From Eledone cirrhosa (taxonomy: Eukaryota): a DNA stretch of 64,000 nucleotides. The position numbers and the translations under genes were made by a program. The notes under the pieces are model-generated. The model searched no databases, had not been told where the DNA came from, and worked only from the letters and a program-made list of their open reading frames with translations. The stretch is taken from contig OZ024745.1 in NCBI GenBank assembly GCA_964016885.1, positions 23,002,001 to 23,066,000 on the forward strand. Reading direction: 5' to 3'. This document shows positions 14,220 to 27,889 of the stretch, in pieces. Position 1 is the first letter of the stretch; the number at the start of each line of letters is the position of its first letter.

Positions 14220-14395
14220 CAATCGGTTCAATATCGATCAGCTCAGGGTACAATAGTGACTTTAAATAGCATCGAAGTCACTATTGTACCCTGAGCTGAT
14301 CGATATTGAACCGATCCAGACGTATATTAATATTGTCTGGGATTCAGAAACCTTTGGTAATGGATTAGTTATATTTTGTGTTGTTCACTTTCTAA
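14220..14395 (+). mobile_element. Fold-back PLE-tail insertion carrying the 3' half of an HHR
   Basis: ATCGGTTCAATATCGATCAGCTCAGGGTACAATAGTGACTT is mirrored at 14275-14315 and runs into GAAACCTTTGGTA, as in the 7630 family. Confidence 0.75.
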
Positions 14396-14400
14396 TTATA

Positions 14401-14663
14401 TATACATATAACACGCCCCTCCACATATACATATACATATATATATATACATATAACACGCCCCTCCACATATACATATACATATATATATATATACATA
14501 TAACACGCCCCTCCACATATACATATACATATGTATATATACATATAACACGCCCCTCCACATATACATATACATATATATATATACATATAACACGCCC
14601 CTCCACATATACATATACATGTATATATATACATATAACACGCCCCTCCACATATACATATAC

Positions 14664-14680
<17 letters not shown>
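14401..14680. repeat. Minisatellite, ~44 bp unit x6 (ATAACACGCCCCTCCACATATACATATAC..)
   Basis: Direct reading. Confidence 0.9.
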
Positions 14681-14713
<33 letters not shown>

Positions 14714-15134
14714 CGCACCCCACCACACATATATATGTATGCAGTGGGTGTACATAAGTAAGTATGTATGGATATGTTCATATTTTCTCTTCCTAATTGG
14801 AATTTTACAACATACTTTTGGCCGGCGGCATGATGCTAAAGTATTGTTGTTTTGTTTAGTTTTTGGAACGAATAAACATTTTATTCTTTTCTGTGATTCT
14901 TTATATCACCATTCTCCCATCAAATCATAAGGTCTTGCAGATTTGTATCCTCCAAGAGAAAAGTTCAGAAATATTTTGATCCAGGCGAGTTTGAAAAATA
15001 TCCTGTCTCTCCATTGATAATAGACAAAGTTGTATATGTACTTTTGGTCCTGCTGTGTTTATCAGTGTTTGGCCAGCCATGTTGTCTAACATACTCCCCC
15101 ATACCCATTTTACTACTTCAGTGTTACCAGTGAT

Positions 15135-15325
15135 ATACGAGGGTCACCTGATAAGTTCATATGCTGACTATGAAGGAGTGATGCTAGAGCTGTGAAAACT
15201 TGCATGCATTAATTTCAACTCCTCTTTTTGATAACTGCATCGTTTCTCTCCAGGTACTATGTTGAAAAATAAACCTCATTTGGTCATTCCATGAGAGTAT
15301 CTTGGTCAGCCTATGAACTTCTCAT
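15135..15325 (-). mobile_element. Mariner-type MITE copy
   Basis: Begins TACGAGGGTCACCTGATAAGTTCATATGCTGAC; inverse of 5745-5941. Confidence 0.7.
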
Positions 15326-15419
15326 GCGACATACATATATCTACACATACATATATACTTACATACATATATCTACACACATATATATACTTACATACAT
15401 ACATAAACGCACACTTCCC

Positions 15420-15640
15420 ACTATTCCCAGGGACTATGTTGAAAAATTCCTTCAAGAAATCCCGGATAAGCCTCCAACACCCGGATATGCCTCCGTAAAC
15501 AATAACTCTCTGCTCGAGTGAGCCATGGTGCCCAAACCTTGATTTGTAAGACTTCGCCATATGGTGCTATTCATTTAGACATGGCCTGGGCTAATACTGG
15601 CCGAAACCTATCAAAGTTATCAAAGTTATCAAAGTTACAC
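15420..15640 (+). mobile_element. 3' end of a CR1-group LINE
   Basis: KFLQEIPDKPPTPGYASVNNNSLL* matches the IPDxP..GY..NSL ORF2 terminus of CR1-group LINEs; (ATCAAAGTT)3 tandem tail. Confidence 0.65.
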
Positions 15641-15727
15641 TCTGTTATCAAAGTTACACTCATTGTATCAGCATCGAGTGTTTGGACCGGCGAACCACCT
15701 ATAACTGCAGTTACACACTTACCTAAC

Positions 15728-15758
<31 letters not shown>

Positions 15759-16714
15759 GTAAGAACCTCTCATGAGAGCTGGACAGCAGAAGGTCTTCAG
15801 AGAAGAACGCCCCTCCCCCATCTCAAGCATGTGTTTCAGCCCTTAACTTCTTACACTCTAAAGAGGCTAAGGCACATCCAGGTCGTGACTCCTGGGTGTC
15901 TTTCTGCTGATATTTAGCCATTCAGATATGGAAGACTTGCTGTATATTTAAACCGTATGGAGATTTGTAGACAGGATCTAACTGGAACTCCTCTCTGCTG
16001 GCTTTGCTTTCAAACTTATATTTTAGATTATACGTTTATCTGTTTTGTACTATCACATGCTATGTTTGACTATGTTTGTTTTACTCGGTATATTTTGTGT
16101 GAATAACCTGCTTAGGTATGTATGTTGCTTTTGTTTTATGACTTTGTACTGTTAGTATGAAAACTGTTATTGGAGGAGCTACAAACTTCAGTAAGAAGAA
16201 ATGGTGACACTTTCAGTTGAAATATATTTAGTAATGTTTTGGTTCTCTTTGTTGTTTGTGTGTTGGTGACTTTCCTTCACTCTTATTGTCTATTTTCTAA
16301 CAATGCTGCCACCACCGAATTCTTCTCACGCTAAACGTTAATCTGTGTATTAAACTGGCTGTTTTTCTCTGTCAATTTTTCACCGTTCGATCAATTTTTC
16401 CACCCTTGATCATCCGGTTCTTTTCTTTTGCTTTTTGTTATTGTTTTTTTTTTTTACATAGTCAATGAAGAGTCTATGTAGTCCATTTTGTTTTTGTTTT
16501 TGTTCAAGTCTGTTGGGATTAATGGAGAAGTGGTAGCTATTTCTTGTTGGTAAAGCAACAGAATAGAATGTCCTTTGTTATTGTAGACATCGTTAGTGGT
16601 GGCAAGACTACTCTCTGAATTAGCAGTGCCAAGTGTGCGTTTATGTACGTATGTAAGTATATGTATGTATGTGTAGATATATGTATGTAAGTATATATGT
16701 ATGTAAGTATATAT

Positions 16715-19060
16715 ATATCTGGAGATCTCTCTGCACTTGTCATCACATGGTACCATGGGCCCAGCACTATGTACGTATGTAAGTATATGTATGTATGTGT
16801 AGATATATGTATGTAAGTATATATGTATGTAAGTATATATATATCTGGAGATCTCTCTGCACTTGTCATCACATGGTACCATGGGCCCAGCACTATGTGT
16901 CAATAATTGTCACAAGTGTAGTGTTTGTGCCAGAGTTTTCAAGTCGCTGGCTGGACTAAAGAGTCACACTTGTTCAGCGCATCGGTAGGGGTTCTCCTAC
17001 ATGGATATAAAGTAGTGGCCGTACTCGAAAACGAGTTGGCAGCCACCATGTAAGTATATGTATGTATGTGTAGATATATCTATGTAAGTATATATGTTGT
17101 TTACATATATGTATGTAAGTATATCTGAATGTAAGTATATATGTATGTGTAAATATATGTATGTAAGTATATATGTATGTGTAGATATATATATGTAAGT
17201 ATATATGCATGTCGGGTCACTCTTGAGTGCTACTGGTAACATGTAACCCAGTACAACCTGTCGCATGGTCGGGTCGTCGGCGACTAAACCGGCAACCACA
17301 CCAACTTTACTTGGTGAGGAGGAGTATTTTGGACATCCTGCAAGACAAAAAACAAAACCTGACAAAGGGCGGAAGAACTCATAAGAGTCAACGGCCATCC
17401 AAAAGTGTGTAGATATGTATATACGCATGTACATATATATGTATATGTGTATATATATGGGTGCATGTATATGTATATGCGCGGGGACATAGATATAGTC
17501 GGGCTGGACACTCGATCGCGCGGTTAAACCACTGGGAGTGAAGGACCCTAGCCTTTGTCAGGGCATTCTTCTAGGAGAAGGCAACTCAGGAAATTGGGAT
17601 AACTCCAAAATAAAACCTACGGCTCAGTAGTTACCGATGATGTTGATCTTTTGTTCTTTTCGGGTTATAGCTACTGTCGCTCAGAGAGTGGGATTGGCTC
17701 AGTGCACAGTCTTTCCTCACTTTAAAAAATATCTTCACGCACAGGCATTGCACGATAGAATTAATTAATAATTATTAATAATGGTATATCGTGCAATGGC
17801 CATACTCGATAACGAGGGGGCAGCTATCATGTGTAGATATATGTATGTAAGTATATATGTATGGTATCCGATGATGTTGACTTGCTGTTCTTTTTGGTAA
17901 ATATCATCATGGTTAAGAGAGTGGGACTGGCTTTGTGCAGTGCCTTTGCTCACTATAAAAGCTTCACGGCACAGGCATTGCTTTATATCTGGAGATCTTT
18001 CTGCACTTGTCGTCACATGGGCCCAGCACTATGTGTCAATAATTGTCACAAGTGTAGTGTTTGTACCAGATTTTTCAAGTCGCTGGCTGGACTAAAAAGT
18101 CACACTCGTTCAGCGCATTGGTAGGGGTTCTCCTACATGGATATAAAGTAGTGGCCGTATTCGAAAACGAGTTGGCAGCCACCATATGTAGATATATGTA
18201 TGTAAGTATATATGTATGTAAGTATATATGTATGTAAGTATATATGTATGTAAGTATATATGTATGTAAGTATATATGTATGTATAGATATATGTATATG
18301 AGTATATATGTATGTGTAGATTTATGTATGTAAGTATACATGTATGTGTAGATATATGTATGTAAGTATATATGTATGCGACTAAACTGGCAACCTCACC
18401 AAGGTTTCTTGGTGAGGAGGGTGACTTTGGACATCCTGCAGGACTAAAAACAAAACCTGTCAAAGGGCAAAGGACCTCTTAAGAGTCAATGGCCATCTAA
18501 AATCACCGGGAGAGATGACCCCTTAGCCTTTGTCAAGGCAGAATTCTAGGAGAAGGAAAACTCTGATATAACACCTGCAACCCTGATGGTATCCAATGAT
18601 GTTGACTTGTTCTTCTTTTTGGTAAATATCATCTTGGTTAAGAGAGTGGGACTGGCTTTGTGCAGTGCCTTTGCTCACTATAAAAGCTTCATGGCACAGG
18701 CATTGCTTTATATCTGGAGATCTCTCTGTGCTTGTCGTCACATGGTACCATAGGCCCAGCACTATGTGTCAATAATTGTCACAAGTGTAGTGTTTGTACC
18801 AGAGTTTTCAAGTCGCTGGCTGGACTAAAAAGTCACACTCGTTCAGCGCTTCGGTAGGGGTTCTCCTACATGGATATAAAGTAGTGGCCGTACTCGAAAA
18901 CGAGTTGGCAGCCACCACCATGTGTAGATATATGTATGTAAGTATATATGTATGTGTAAATATATGTATGTAAGTATATATGCGTGTAAATATATGTATG
19001 TAAGTATATATGTATGTGTAGATACATGTATGTAAGTATATATGTATGTGTAGATACATA
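16715..19060 (+). mobile_element. Cluster of four to five RTE-derived non-autonomous elements with (ATGT)-rich tails
   Basis: RTE-like 5' region (CTAGGAGAAGG(C/A)AACTC) joined to the terminal C2H2 motif HKCSVCTRxFKSLAGLKSHTRSAH, 3' hairpin GCCGTACTCGAAAACGAGTTGGC, then GTAAGTATATATGTAT tails; no RT in between. Confidence 0.7.
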
Positions 19061-19074
19061 TATGTGCGTATGTG

Positions 19075-19268
19075 GCCTCAGAAGTTCATAAGCTGACCAA
19101 GATACTCTCATGGAATAACCAAATGAGGTTTATTTTTCAACAAAGTCCATGGAAAGAAACAATGCAGTTATCAAAAAGAGAAGCTGAAATTGATGCATAC
19201 ATGATTTCACAGCTCTAGCATCACTCCTTCATAGTCAGCCTATGAACCTTTCAGCCGACCCTCGTATA
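19075..19268 (+). mobile_element. Mariner-type MITE copy
   Basis: Ends GTCAGCCTATGAACCTTTCAGCCGACCCTCG|TA. Confidence 0.7.
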
Positions 19269-19424
19269 TATCGTGGTGGTGGTGATGGTGATGGCGATGG
19301 TGATGGTGATGGTGATGGTGAAGTGATGGTGGAGAAGATGTTGACAACGGTGCTGGTGTTGTTGTGGTTATTTTTCTTGTCGTATATTGATGTTGGTGTG
19401 GTTAAACTCTTTGTTTAGCAAATA

Positions 19425-19592
19425 TTATGTCGGACACCATGCTTTGCAGCATATAGTTACGGGACTTTATTATCTGAGTTCAAATCCCACCGCGGTTAAC
19501 TTTGCCTTTCATCCTTCCAGCGTCGATAAAATAAAGTACCAGTAATACACTGGGTTAATTGCTGCCCTTGTGCGTAAATTAGAAACAATCAT
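19425..19592 (+). mobile_element. tRNA-derived SINE copy
   Basis: Same B-box and central domain as 456-645. Confidence 0.85.
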
Positions 19593-19879
19593 TAAATGTG
19601 CTTGTGTAGGTGGGGGGGGGGAGTAAAGGATTGTACGTGTGTTTTGGGTGTGATTGTACGTGTGTGTATATATGTGTATAATTGTGCGTATACATGTGTA
19701 TGACTGTACGTGTGTATATATGTGTATGATTGTGCGTGTGTATATATATGTGTATAATTGTACGTGTGTATATATATGTGTATGATTCTGCGTGTAAGTT
19801 TAGAGAAAATACAATGAGTAAATGACATTTTTAGTACAGGACCATCGGTGGGGTGTGTTGAGAAGAGGTGCGGCTGTTG

Positions 19880-19948
<69 letters not shown>

Positions 19949-20628
19949 GTGTGTGTGTGTTCGTTTGTGTGTGTGTGTGTGTGTTTGTGTTTGTGGGTGT
20001 GTGCTTGTTTGTATATGTGTGTGTTCGTATGGATTGTTATGTGAGTGCGTATGTATGCTCGTATGTAAGGCTGTACGTGTGTGCGTGAGCGTGTGTGTAT
20101 GTGCGTGTGTGTGTGAGTGCGTATATGTGCTCGCACTTATGACTGTATGTGTGTGTCCTGTATTTCAATAGCAGGACACGCTGTGTCAAGTAGGTGGGGA
20201 GATGTTAGCAGATGCTACCACATAATAGCCACCAACAATAGCAGCAATGGTCGTATGTATATATGCACGTATGAATGTACGTATGCACGTATGTATATAT
20301 GTACGTATGTATATATGTGTGTATGTATGCATGTGCGTGCGTGTGTGTGTGTATGTGCGTGTGTATAAATACATGTATATTATATACATATATAAATCCT
20401 TTCTCGGAATAGAACAAGAATTACCTTTTAAGCCTTCTCGCTAAACCAGGCTTAGTGTTATATAACGTAGATGTGGACTAACGGAATAAAGAATAAGTTA
20501 TTATACCGAGACACTATTGTGTTTCTGCTAACTGGATGACTTGGTAGAGCCAGAAATCCAGCCATTGCGATTATCAATCGAAACAATTAAATGAATATTT
20601 TTTTCAGAATATATACACTCGCGACAGA

Positions 20629-20757
20629 AATATCACCTATGTCGAATATCACCTATGTCGAATATCACCTATGTCGAATATCACCTATGTCGAATATCAC
20701 CTATGTCGAATATCACCTATGTCGAATATCACCTATGTCGAATATCACCTATGTCGA
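20629..20757. repeat. Perfect 16-bp tandem repeat x8 (AATATCACCTATGTCG)
   Basis: Direct reading. Confidence 0.95.
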
Positions 20758-20899
20758 AAATCAGTTAAACCTCGTAGAATCCAGATTTCTACAAGGGTGT
20801 ACGCCAACAATTAATGAACGTTTACAGAGTTTTAATTCATTTTTCTGTTTGCTGGAAAGTAAAACATATTATAGGGGATATTTTTTCAGGTTTTTAAAG

Positions 20900-21480
20900 C
20901 GTTGAACAACATCATATTGGCAATTGCTCAGGTATATGTGACGGGTAGGTCTAGTTAGAGGGAAGGGATATCACAATCTTTTTTGATTTTCAGCAACACA
21001 TTGGTGTTAATGGCATAACTGTTGAGTGTGGCCAATTGTATATATTTGTATATATTATGTGTGACCGCATTATGGGTAACAGGATCGATTCACATATTAT
21101 AGATATCTGGGATAATGCTCTGTAATCCACCGCCATTTCACTCTGGCATTTTAGGAAATCAGAGATACAAATGCGCAGTCTTACTATTTTGTCAACGTTT
21201 CTTGGCTTTTAACATAGTAATCTCGGCTGACATTTGTCAAAAAGCCTTAGCGAAATCAAGATATATAAAATCAAACTTTGAGTCAGATCGCAGACTCTTC
21301 TTCAGAATTTGCTTGTATTGTCGTAGAAGCTGTAGCAGACAGTTATTTCCGAGGCGGAAGCCGTATAAGCTTTTTTTGGGAAAGCTTCCGTTGGTCTAAG
21401 TATTTTATCTTCTCGCATATTTTTCTTGATGACTTGTGAAATACAACGGTATGTGACCCAGATCTTTAATTAATCGAACA
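20900..21480 (-). pseudogene. Decayed CR1-group LINE reverse transcriptase fragment
   Basis: Minus-strand translation YGFRLGNNCLLQLL..DFIYLDFAKAF (~21370-21240), then a degenerate YADDT region (SYAINT) and MLFN; stops and frameshifts. Confidence 0.75.
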
Positions 21481-21537
21481 TCTGTACTCCATCGCCACCT
21501 CTATGATTCTGTGCTGTTATTAATTTCTTTCCAGGAA

Positions 21538-21962
21538 GGGCGATAGATTGACTGTATCGGTAGAGTGCCGGACAACATGCTTTACAGCATAGAGTTACGG
21601 CCCTTTATGGTCTGAGTTCAAATCCCGCCGAGGTTAACTTTGCCTTTCATCCTTACGGGGTCGATAAAATAAAGTACCAGTCACGCACTGGGGTCGATTT
21701 AATCGACTTTCCCCTCCCCCCAAAATTGCTGGCCTTGTGCCTATATAAGAAACTATTATTAATATTTTCGGCAGTAAACTGGCAGTATCGCTGGAGGGTC
21801 GGACACCATGCTTTCCAGTATAGTTGCGTCCCTTTACGGTCTGAGTTCAAATCCCGTTGAGGTTAACTTTGCCTTTCATCATTACGGGGTCGATAAAATA
21901 AAGTACCAGTAATGTACTGGGTATTTGCTGGCCTTGTGCCAAAAGTAGAAACAATTATTATT
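21538..21962 (+). mobile_element. SINE head-to-tail dimer
   Basis: Two full copies with junction CTATATAAGAAACTATTATTAATATTTTCGGC. Confidence 0.85.
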
Positions 21963-22009
21963 AATATTTTCAGTAGTAGTAGAAGTAGTAGTAGTAGTAG
22001 TAGTAGTGG

Positions 22010-22215
22010 AAATGGTGAGGGAGACGCGTTGGAAGAGCCATTCCAGCTCGCGAGACTCGCACCTGCGGGTAGCCAACATCGTGCCGATGGTCGTGAGTAG
22101 GGAGGTGGTCCTAAGGAAGATGATCATGCTGTTTAGCCTTTTGTCGTGCCCTCGGTTCAGCCGGCTCGAGCTGGGTGGGGAAGCCTGCCGCATCCAAGCC
22201 AAGGCAGAGTAGACG
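22010..22215 (+). mobile_element. GC-rich interspersed repeat fragment, possibly LINE ORF1; relative at 32755-33010 (-)
   Basis: Shared GGAGA(C/T)GCG(C/T)TGGAAGAGCCAT..CACCTGC..ATGGT(C/G)GTGAGTAGGGAGGT; family not identified. Confidence 0.45.
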
Positions 22216-22740
22216 TCGGTGAGATTTGAACTCAGAACTTAAAGGGCAGCAACAAATACTGATTGCTACGCATTTATCAAACGCTCTGACGACTCTGCCA
22301 ATCTACAACCCTCTCGTGTTTATAATAATTGTTTCTAATATAGTCGCAAGACCAGAGGAAATGGGGATATGGAATGATATCCACCCCCAGCTCTTCTTCA
22401 CTGGTACGTTACATTATTGACCACCGAAAAATTGAAAGGCAAAAAATAACCCAGATGCGATTTGAACTCAGATTGTGAAGATACATAAACCTGCAAGGCA
22501 CTCTACCACCTACAGTCCTTCACTGCTGACTATAATGCTTTCAGATTTAGCCACAAGTCCAGCAATTTTGATTAAATCGACCAGGGCGTTACTGGTACTT
22601 TATTTTATCGACCCCCGTAAGAATGAAAGGTAAAGCTAACCTCAGCGGGATTTGAACTCAGAACATAAAGGGTCGTAACTCTATGCCACAAAGTATGTTG
22701 TCCGACGCTCTACGATACTGCCAATCTATCACATTTCGGT
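22215..22740 (-). mobile_element. Three diverged SINE copies
   Basis: GATTTGAACTCAGA (reverse B-box) at ~22223, ~22459 and ~22649. Confidence 0.75.
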
Positions 22741-23319
22741 GCTGACTATAATTACAACAATTTATATCCATTAGAAGCGATAAGAGAAGTCGTCTTCAGT
22801 TAGAGGAAATCATAGATTTATGAAACAATTGTAAATCTCGAAACCAATCGGCAGCCATTTTGATTTTCGTATTCTTTATGTGTTTTTTTGTTTTTGTTTT
22901 TGTTTTTATTAATTTCCTTTTTGAAGTTTTATTTGTGTATGTTGTTATTTGTTTGAACGAATAACTAATGGAAATGATGATGTTCATGTTGCCTTTGATG
23001 TTGTTGTTGTTGTTGCACTCGCGCTGGGACTGGTGGTGGTGGTGATGGTGACGGTGATGACTGAAGTTGAAATGCTTATTGCAGTTTTGCTATTGTTGTT
23101 GTTGTTGTTTTTGTGCTGGCGGAGAGACTGGTGGTGGTGGTGGTGGTGGTGGTAGTGGTGTGGTGGTTGGTGGTGGTTGGTGGTGGTGGTGGTGGTGGTG
23201 CTGGTGCTGGTTCTGGTGGTGGTTCTGGTGGTGGTGCTGGTGGTGGTGCTGGTGATGACTGTAGTTGAAGCGGTTCTGGTGGCAGTGACGGAAGTCCCCA
23301 TCGTGTTGATAGTGGAAAA

Positions 23320-23735
23320 AATAATTGTTTCTATTTTAGGCACAAGGCCAGCAATTATCCAGTACATTACTGGTACTTTATGTTATCGACCCCATAAGGA
23401 TGAAAGGCAAAGTTAGCCTCGACGGGATTTGAACTCAGACCGTAAAGGGACGTAACTATGCTGGAAAGCGTGGTGTCCAACCCTCCAGCGATACTGCCAA
23501 TTCACCGCCGAAAATATTAATAATAGTTTCTTATATAGGCACAAGGCCAGCAATTTGGGGGGGGGGGAGTCGATAAAATCGACCCCAGTGCGTGACTGGT
23601 ACTTTATTTTATCGACTCCGTAAGGATGAAAGGCAAAGTTAACCTCGGCAGGATTTGAACTCAGACCATGAAGGGCCGTAACTCTTTGCTTCAAAGCATG
23701 GTGTCCGACTCTCTACCGATACTGCCAATCCACGG
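23320..23735 (-). mobile_element. SINE dimer, inverse of 21538-21962
   Basis: Same junction sequence on the minus strand. Confidence 0.85.
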
Positions 23736-24313
23736 TGGTAGATTTTGTACTGTAAGCAAGGGGTTTGTTGTTGGTGTTGGTGTTGGTGTTGGAGGTTGTG
23801 TTGGTAGCGGTGATGGTGATGGAGGTGGTGATTTGGGTGGAGGTGTTGTTGTTTGTGGTCGTCGTCGTGGGGGTGATGGAGGTGGAGGTTATGTTGTTGG
23901 TGGTGGTCGTCGTGGGGGTGGAGGTTGTGATGGTGGAGGTGGGGGTGGTGGTGGTGGTGGTGGGTGTGGTAGTGGCACTGTTGTTGATGGAGTTGGTTGC
24001 AGAATTTCGATAATGACGTTGGTGGTTTTGACGATAATGGTGGTAGTGATGGTGTTATTGCAATTGGTGATGGCAGGAGATGGTAGTAGCGATGGTGGCG
24101 AAGGAGGTGACTGTACTGGTGGTGGTGGTTGGGGGGGGGGGGGGGGTAGATATCCCAGCCCATCTCCAAAACTGTACTTTGATACAGATGAGTGATGGCA
24201 CGGAATTTACCAATCGAACGATCAGAAATGGTCCTTCGTTTGACCTCCACAGTGTTCAATAATTTGTGTGTGCATGCATGTAAATATATATATATATATA
24301 CATATATATATAC

Positions 24314-24503
<190 letters not shown>

Positions 24504-24616
24504 GTGTGTGTGTGTGTTGGTGTATGTGTGTGTATATATATATATATAGTTGTATGTATGTATATATATATATGTATAGTTGTATGTATATATGTATGTA
24601 TATTAGTGTACATCAG

Positions 24617-24692
<76 letters not shown>

Positions 24693-24834
24693 GTTGTGTG
24701 TGTACATGTATGAATGAAGGCGTACACTGCAAAAGTATGTACAGGAATATTTATCAATCTATATACTTCGTTCGCCCTCTATCTCTCTACCCCCGTCTCT
24801 CTCTCAACATATATATATATATATATATATATAT

Positions 24835-25032
24835 GGGAAAATGTTTAACCCCGACGGCAGAGCTCAAGCCGTTTCTACGGCTATTTCAGTCCAGAAATAG
24901 CCGTCGAAACAACGGTTTGAGCTCTCTGCCGTCGGGGTTAAACATTTTCCTATTAACCACTCTACTACCCTAAGTATTGAGTACTCTGGTGCGTCATGGA
25001 CCACCTGGTTCCTTACTACAACTCCTTCGTTA
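24835..25032 (+). mobile_element. Fold-back family A (HHR 3' half) in (TA)n
   Basis: CCCCGACGGCAGAGCTCAAGCCGTTTC..GAAAC..GCCGTCGGGG palindrome plus ~90 nt tail; other copies 36140-36325, 44972-45160, 61079-61290. Confidence 0.8.
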
Positions 25033-25189
25033 TATATATATATATATATATATATATTGAAAGAGTTAATATATGCATGTGTATGTGTGTATGCATGTAT
25101 GTACTTATGTACTATGTACGTATGTCTGTTGTATTTATGTATATGTGTATACATATATTCATAAATGCATGTATTTGCATGTATGTACC

Positions 25190-25248
<59 letters not shown>

Positions 25249-25315
25249 GTGTGTGTGCGTGTGTGTATATGTAGTTTTATATATATGTGTATATGTATGT
25301 GTGTGTCTATGATAT

Positions 25316-25346
<31 letters not shown>

Positions 25347-26119
25347 CATATGTGTGTGTGGTAGTGTGACTCTATATATATATATATATATATATACCAC
25401 CATTACAATAAATTGCAATGATCAGTGAATGGTCGATTTGTTTTAAACAGAGATTATCAATTTTTGTCGTTGTTATTGTTGTTGTTGTTGTCACTAATGT
25501 TATTATTATGTTGTTGTTACTGTTATTGTTGTTGTTAATGTTATTATTGTTGTTATTGTCGTTATTGTTGTTGTTACTGATGTTAGTTCTGTTGTTGTTG
25601 TTGTTATTGTTGTTGTTATTAATGTTTGTTCTACTGTTGTTGTTGTTATTGTTGTTGTTGTTACTGATGTAAGTTCTATTGTTGTTATTGTTGTTGCTGT
25701 TGCTGTTGCTGTTGTTGTTGTTGTTACTGATGTTAGTTCTACTGTTGTTGCTGTTGTGGTTGTTGTTGTTGTTGTTGTTGTCTCAGCTATTGTCGTTACT
25801 GATGCCTATAACATAGTTGTTTTTCTTTGGTTTTTTATTTTGTATTGTACTTGCTTCTGTTATTGTTGTTGTTGCTGCTGCTCTTGTTTTTAATGTTCTT
25901 GTTGCTGTTGTGTTTGTTGTTGCTGCTGTTGTTATTGCTGTTGTGTTTGTTGTTTTTGTTGTTAATATTATTTTGTTGTTGTTGTTGTTGTTGTTGTTGT
26001 TATAGTTGTTCTATTGGTTGTTGTCAGCCCCTGTTCTTTGTTGTTGCTGTCCTTATTTTTATCACCATCATCATCATCATCATCATCATCATTATTATTA
26101 TTATTATTATTATTATTGA

Positions 26120-27125
26120 AGCAGTGGAGGATTGGCAGTATCGGTAGAGGGTCGGACGCCATGCTTTGACGTATAGAGTTACGGCCCTTGCCATTCTAAG
26201 TTCAAATCCCGCCAAGGTAAACTTTGCCTTTCATCCTTACCGGGTCGATAAAATAAAGTACCAGTAATGTACTGGGTAATTGCTGGCCTTGTGCCAAAAG
26301 TAGAAACAATTATTATTGAAGCAATTATTATTGTCAGAAATGTTAGTGTGCCGGATTAAATGTTTTGCGCAATTCACATTTCTCAGCTCAAAATCCCCTC
26401 GTGGATCAATACAAAATACAACAAAACCACTACAGTAATGGAAGGGGTGTGAGGTCAATTAACCCCCCCCCCCCCCAAATGTACAGACTTTTGTTTATTT
26501 ATTTAATTATTTATTACGTACAGAGTTCAAATAGTTCGGGGGGGGGGGGATAAATAAAATGACCAACTAATCACTAAGATCGATTTAATCGACTTCTCAC
26601 CGCTCCCTTAAGTTACTGGTATTGCGCCTAAAGTAAAATTCATTAATAATTGACAGTATCGGTAGAGGGTTGCACGCCATGCTTTTCTAGCATAGTTACG
26701 TCCCTTTACGGTCTGAGTTCAAATCCCGCCGAGGTTAACTTTGCCTTTCATCCTTACGGGGTCGATAAAATAAAGTATCAGTAATACACTGGGGTAATCG
26801 GTGGCTTTGTGCCAAAAGTAGAAACAATTATTATTGACAGCAATCGGTAGAGCGTCGGACAACATGCTTTATGGCATATAATTATGGCCCTTTACCTCTG
26901 AGTTCAAATCCCATCGAGGTTAGCTTTGCCTTTCATACTTATGGGAGTCGATAAAATAAAGTACCAGTAACGTACTGAGGTCGATTTAATTGACTTTCAA
27001 CTCCCCCACAATTGTTGGCTTTCTGCCTAAATCAGGCAGTAATAGGTAGAGCGTCGGACAAAGTGCTTTGTGGTATGTAGTTACGTCCCTTTACGTTCTG
27101 AGTTCAAATCCCGCTAGGTTAAACA
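26120..27125 (+). mobile_element. Cluster of about four SINE copies
   Basis: B-boxes at ~26200, ~26716, ~26901 and ~27101. Confidence 0.8.
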
Positions 27126-27291
27126 GAAGAGAGTTGGACAAAATAGCTGTAGATTTGAGTTGTGTCCCTTTATTTTCTCTGTTCAAAACCAGTTCATGTT
27201 GACTTTCCTAGTCATGCGTGCATATAGGCATATATTTCAGATGATTTCTTCGGAATGAAACAGTTCTAGTCCTGTAGAAGCCTTTCTACAT

Positions 27292-27339
<48 letters not shown>

Positions 27340-27889
27340 TTTTGCGAGGTTTTTTATATGAAATCGTGTGTCGAAACAGATATTGTTATATTTGGGGAGG
27401 GTCATATTTGCGTAATATTGCCAGAATTAATAACAGAACACACTCACTGTTTGGTTGGTTTTCGCTTCTCGCTGTCTTTTATATATATATATCTGCGATC
27501 TAACTTACTCGGTCCTCAATGTTGCCATTGACTGACCGGCGGTCAAAAATAAAATAATACAGATACAATATAGACAAACACATATATATATAGTTTACAT
27601 AAATCTTTCGTTGCACATCTGCAACATCGTCAGTGGTGTTATATTCATTGTTCCTCCTGTTGTGTTGTATGTCTACGCCATTTTTTTTGTTCAGTCCGTC
27701 TATATATTTATTTATTTGTTTGCTTGTTTGTTTATCTTATTTTATTTTGTCTTCTTTGCGCATGCGTTTGCGTGTGTGATGTGTGACTAGTGTGTATAGT
27801 GTTGTGTCTGCTGGGTGACTAGTGTGTGTTTATGTGCTTGTGTATGTATTTATTTATCTTATTTTATTTAATTTAATTTACTTATTTAT

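Noticed and set aside
15950-16630. Possible decayed retroelement ORF on the minus strand
   Set aside because: Composition is suggestive but no diagnostic motif could be read
17861-18124. Host C2H2 zinc-finger gene
   Set aside because: Single finger from the RTE C-terminus within a multi-copy repeat
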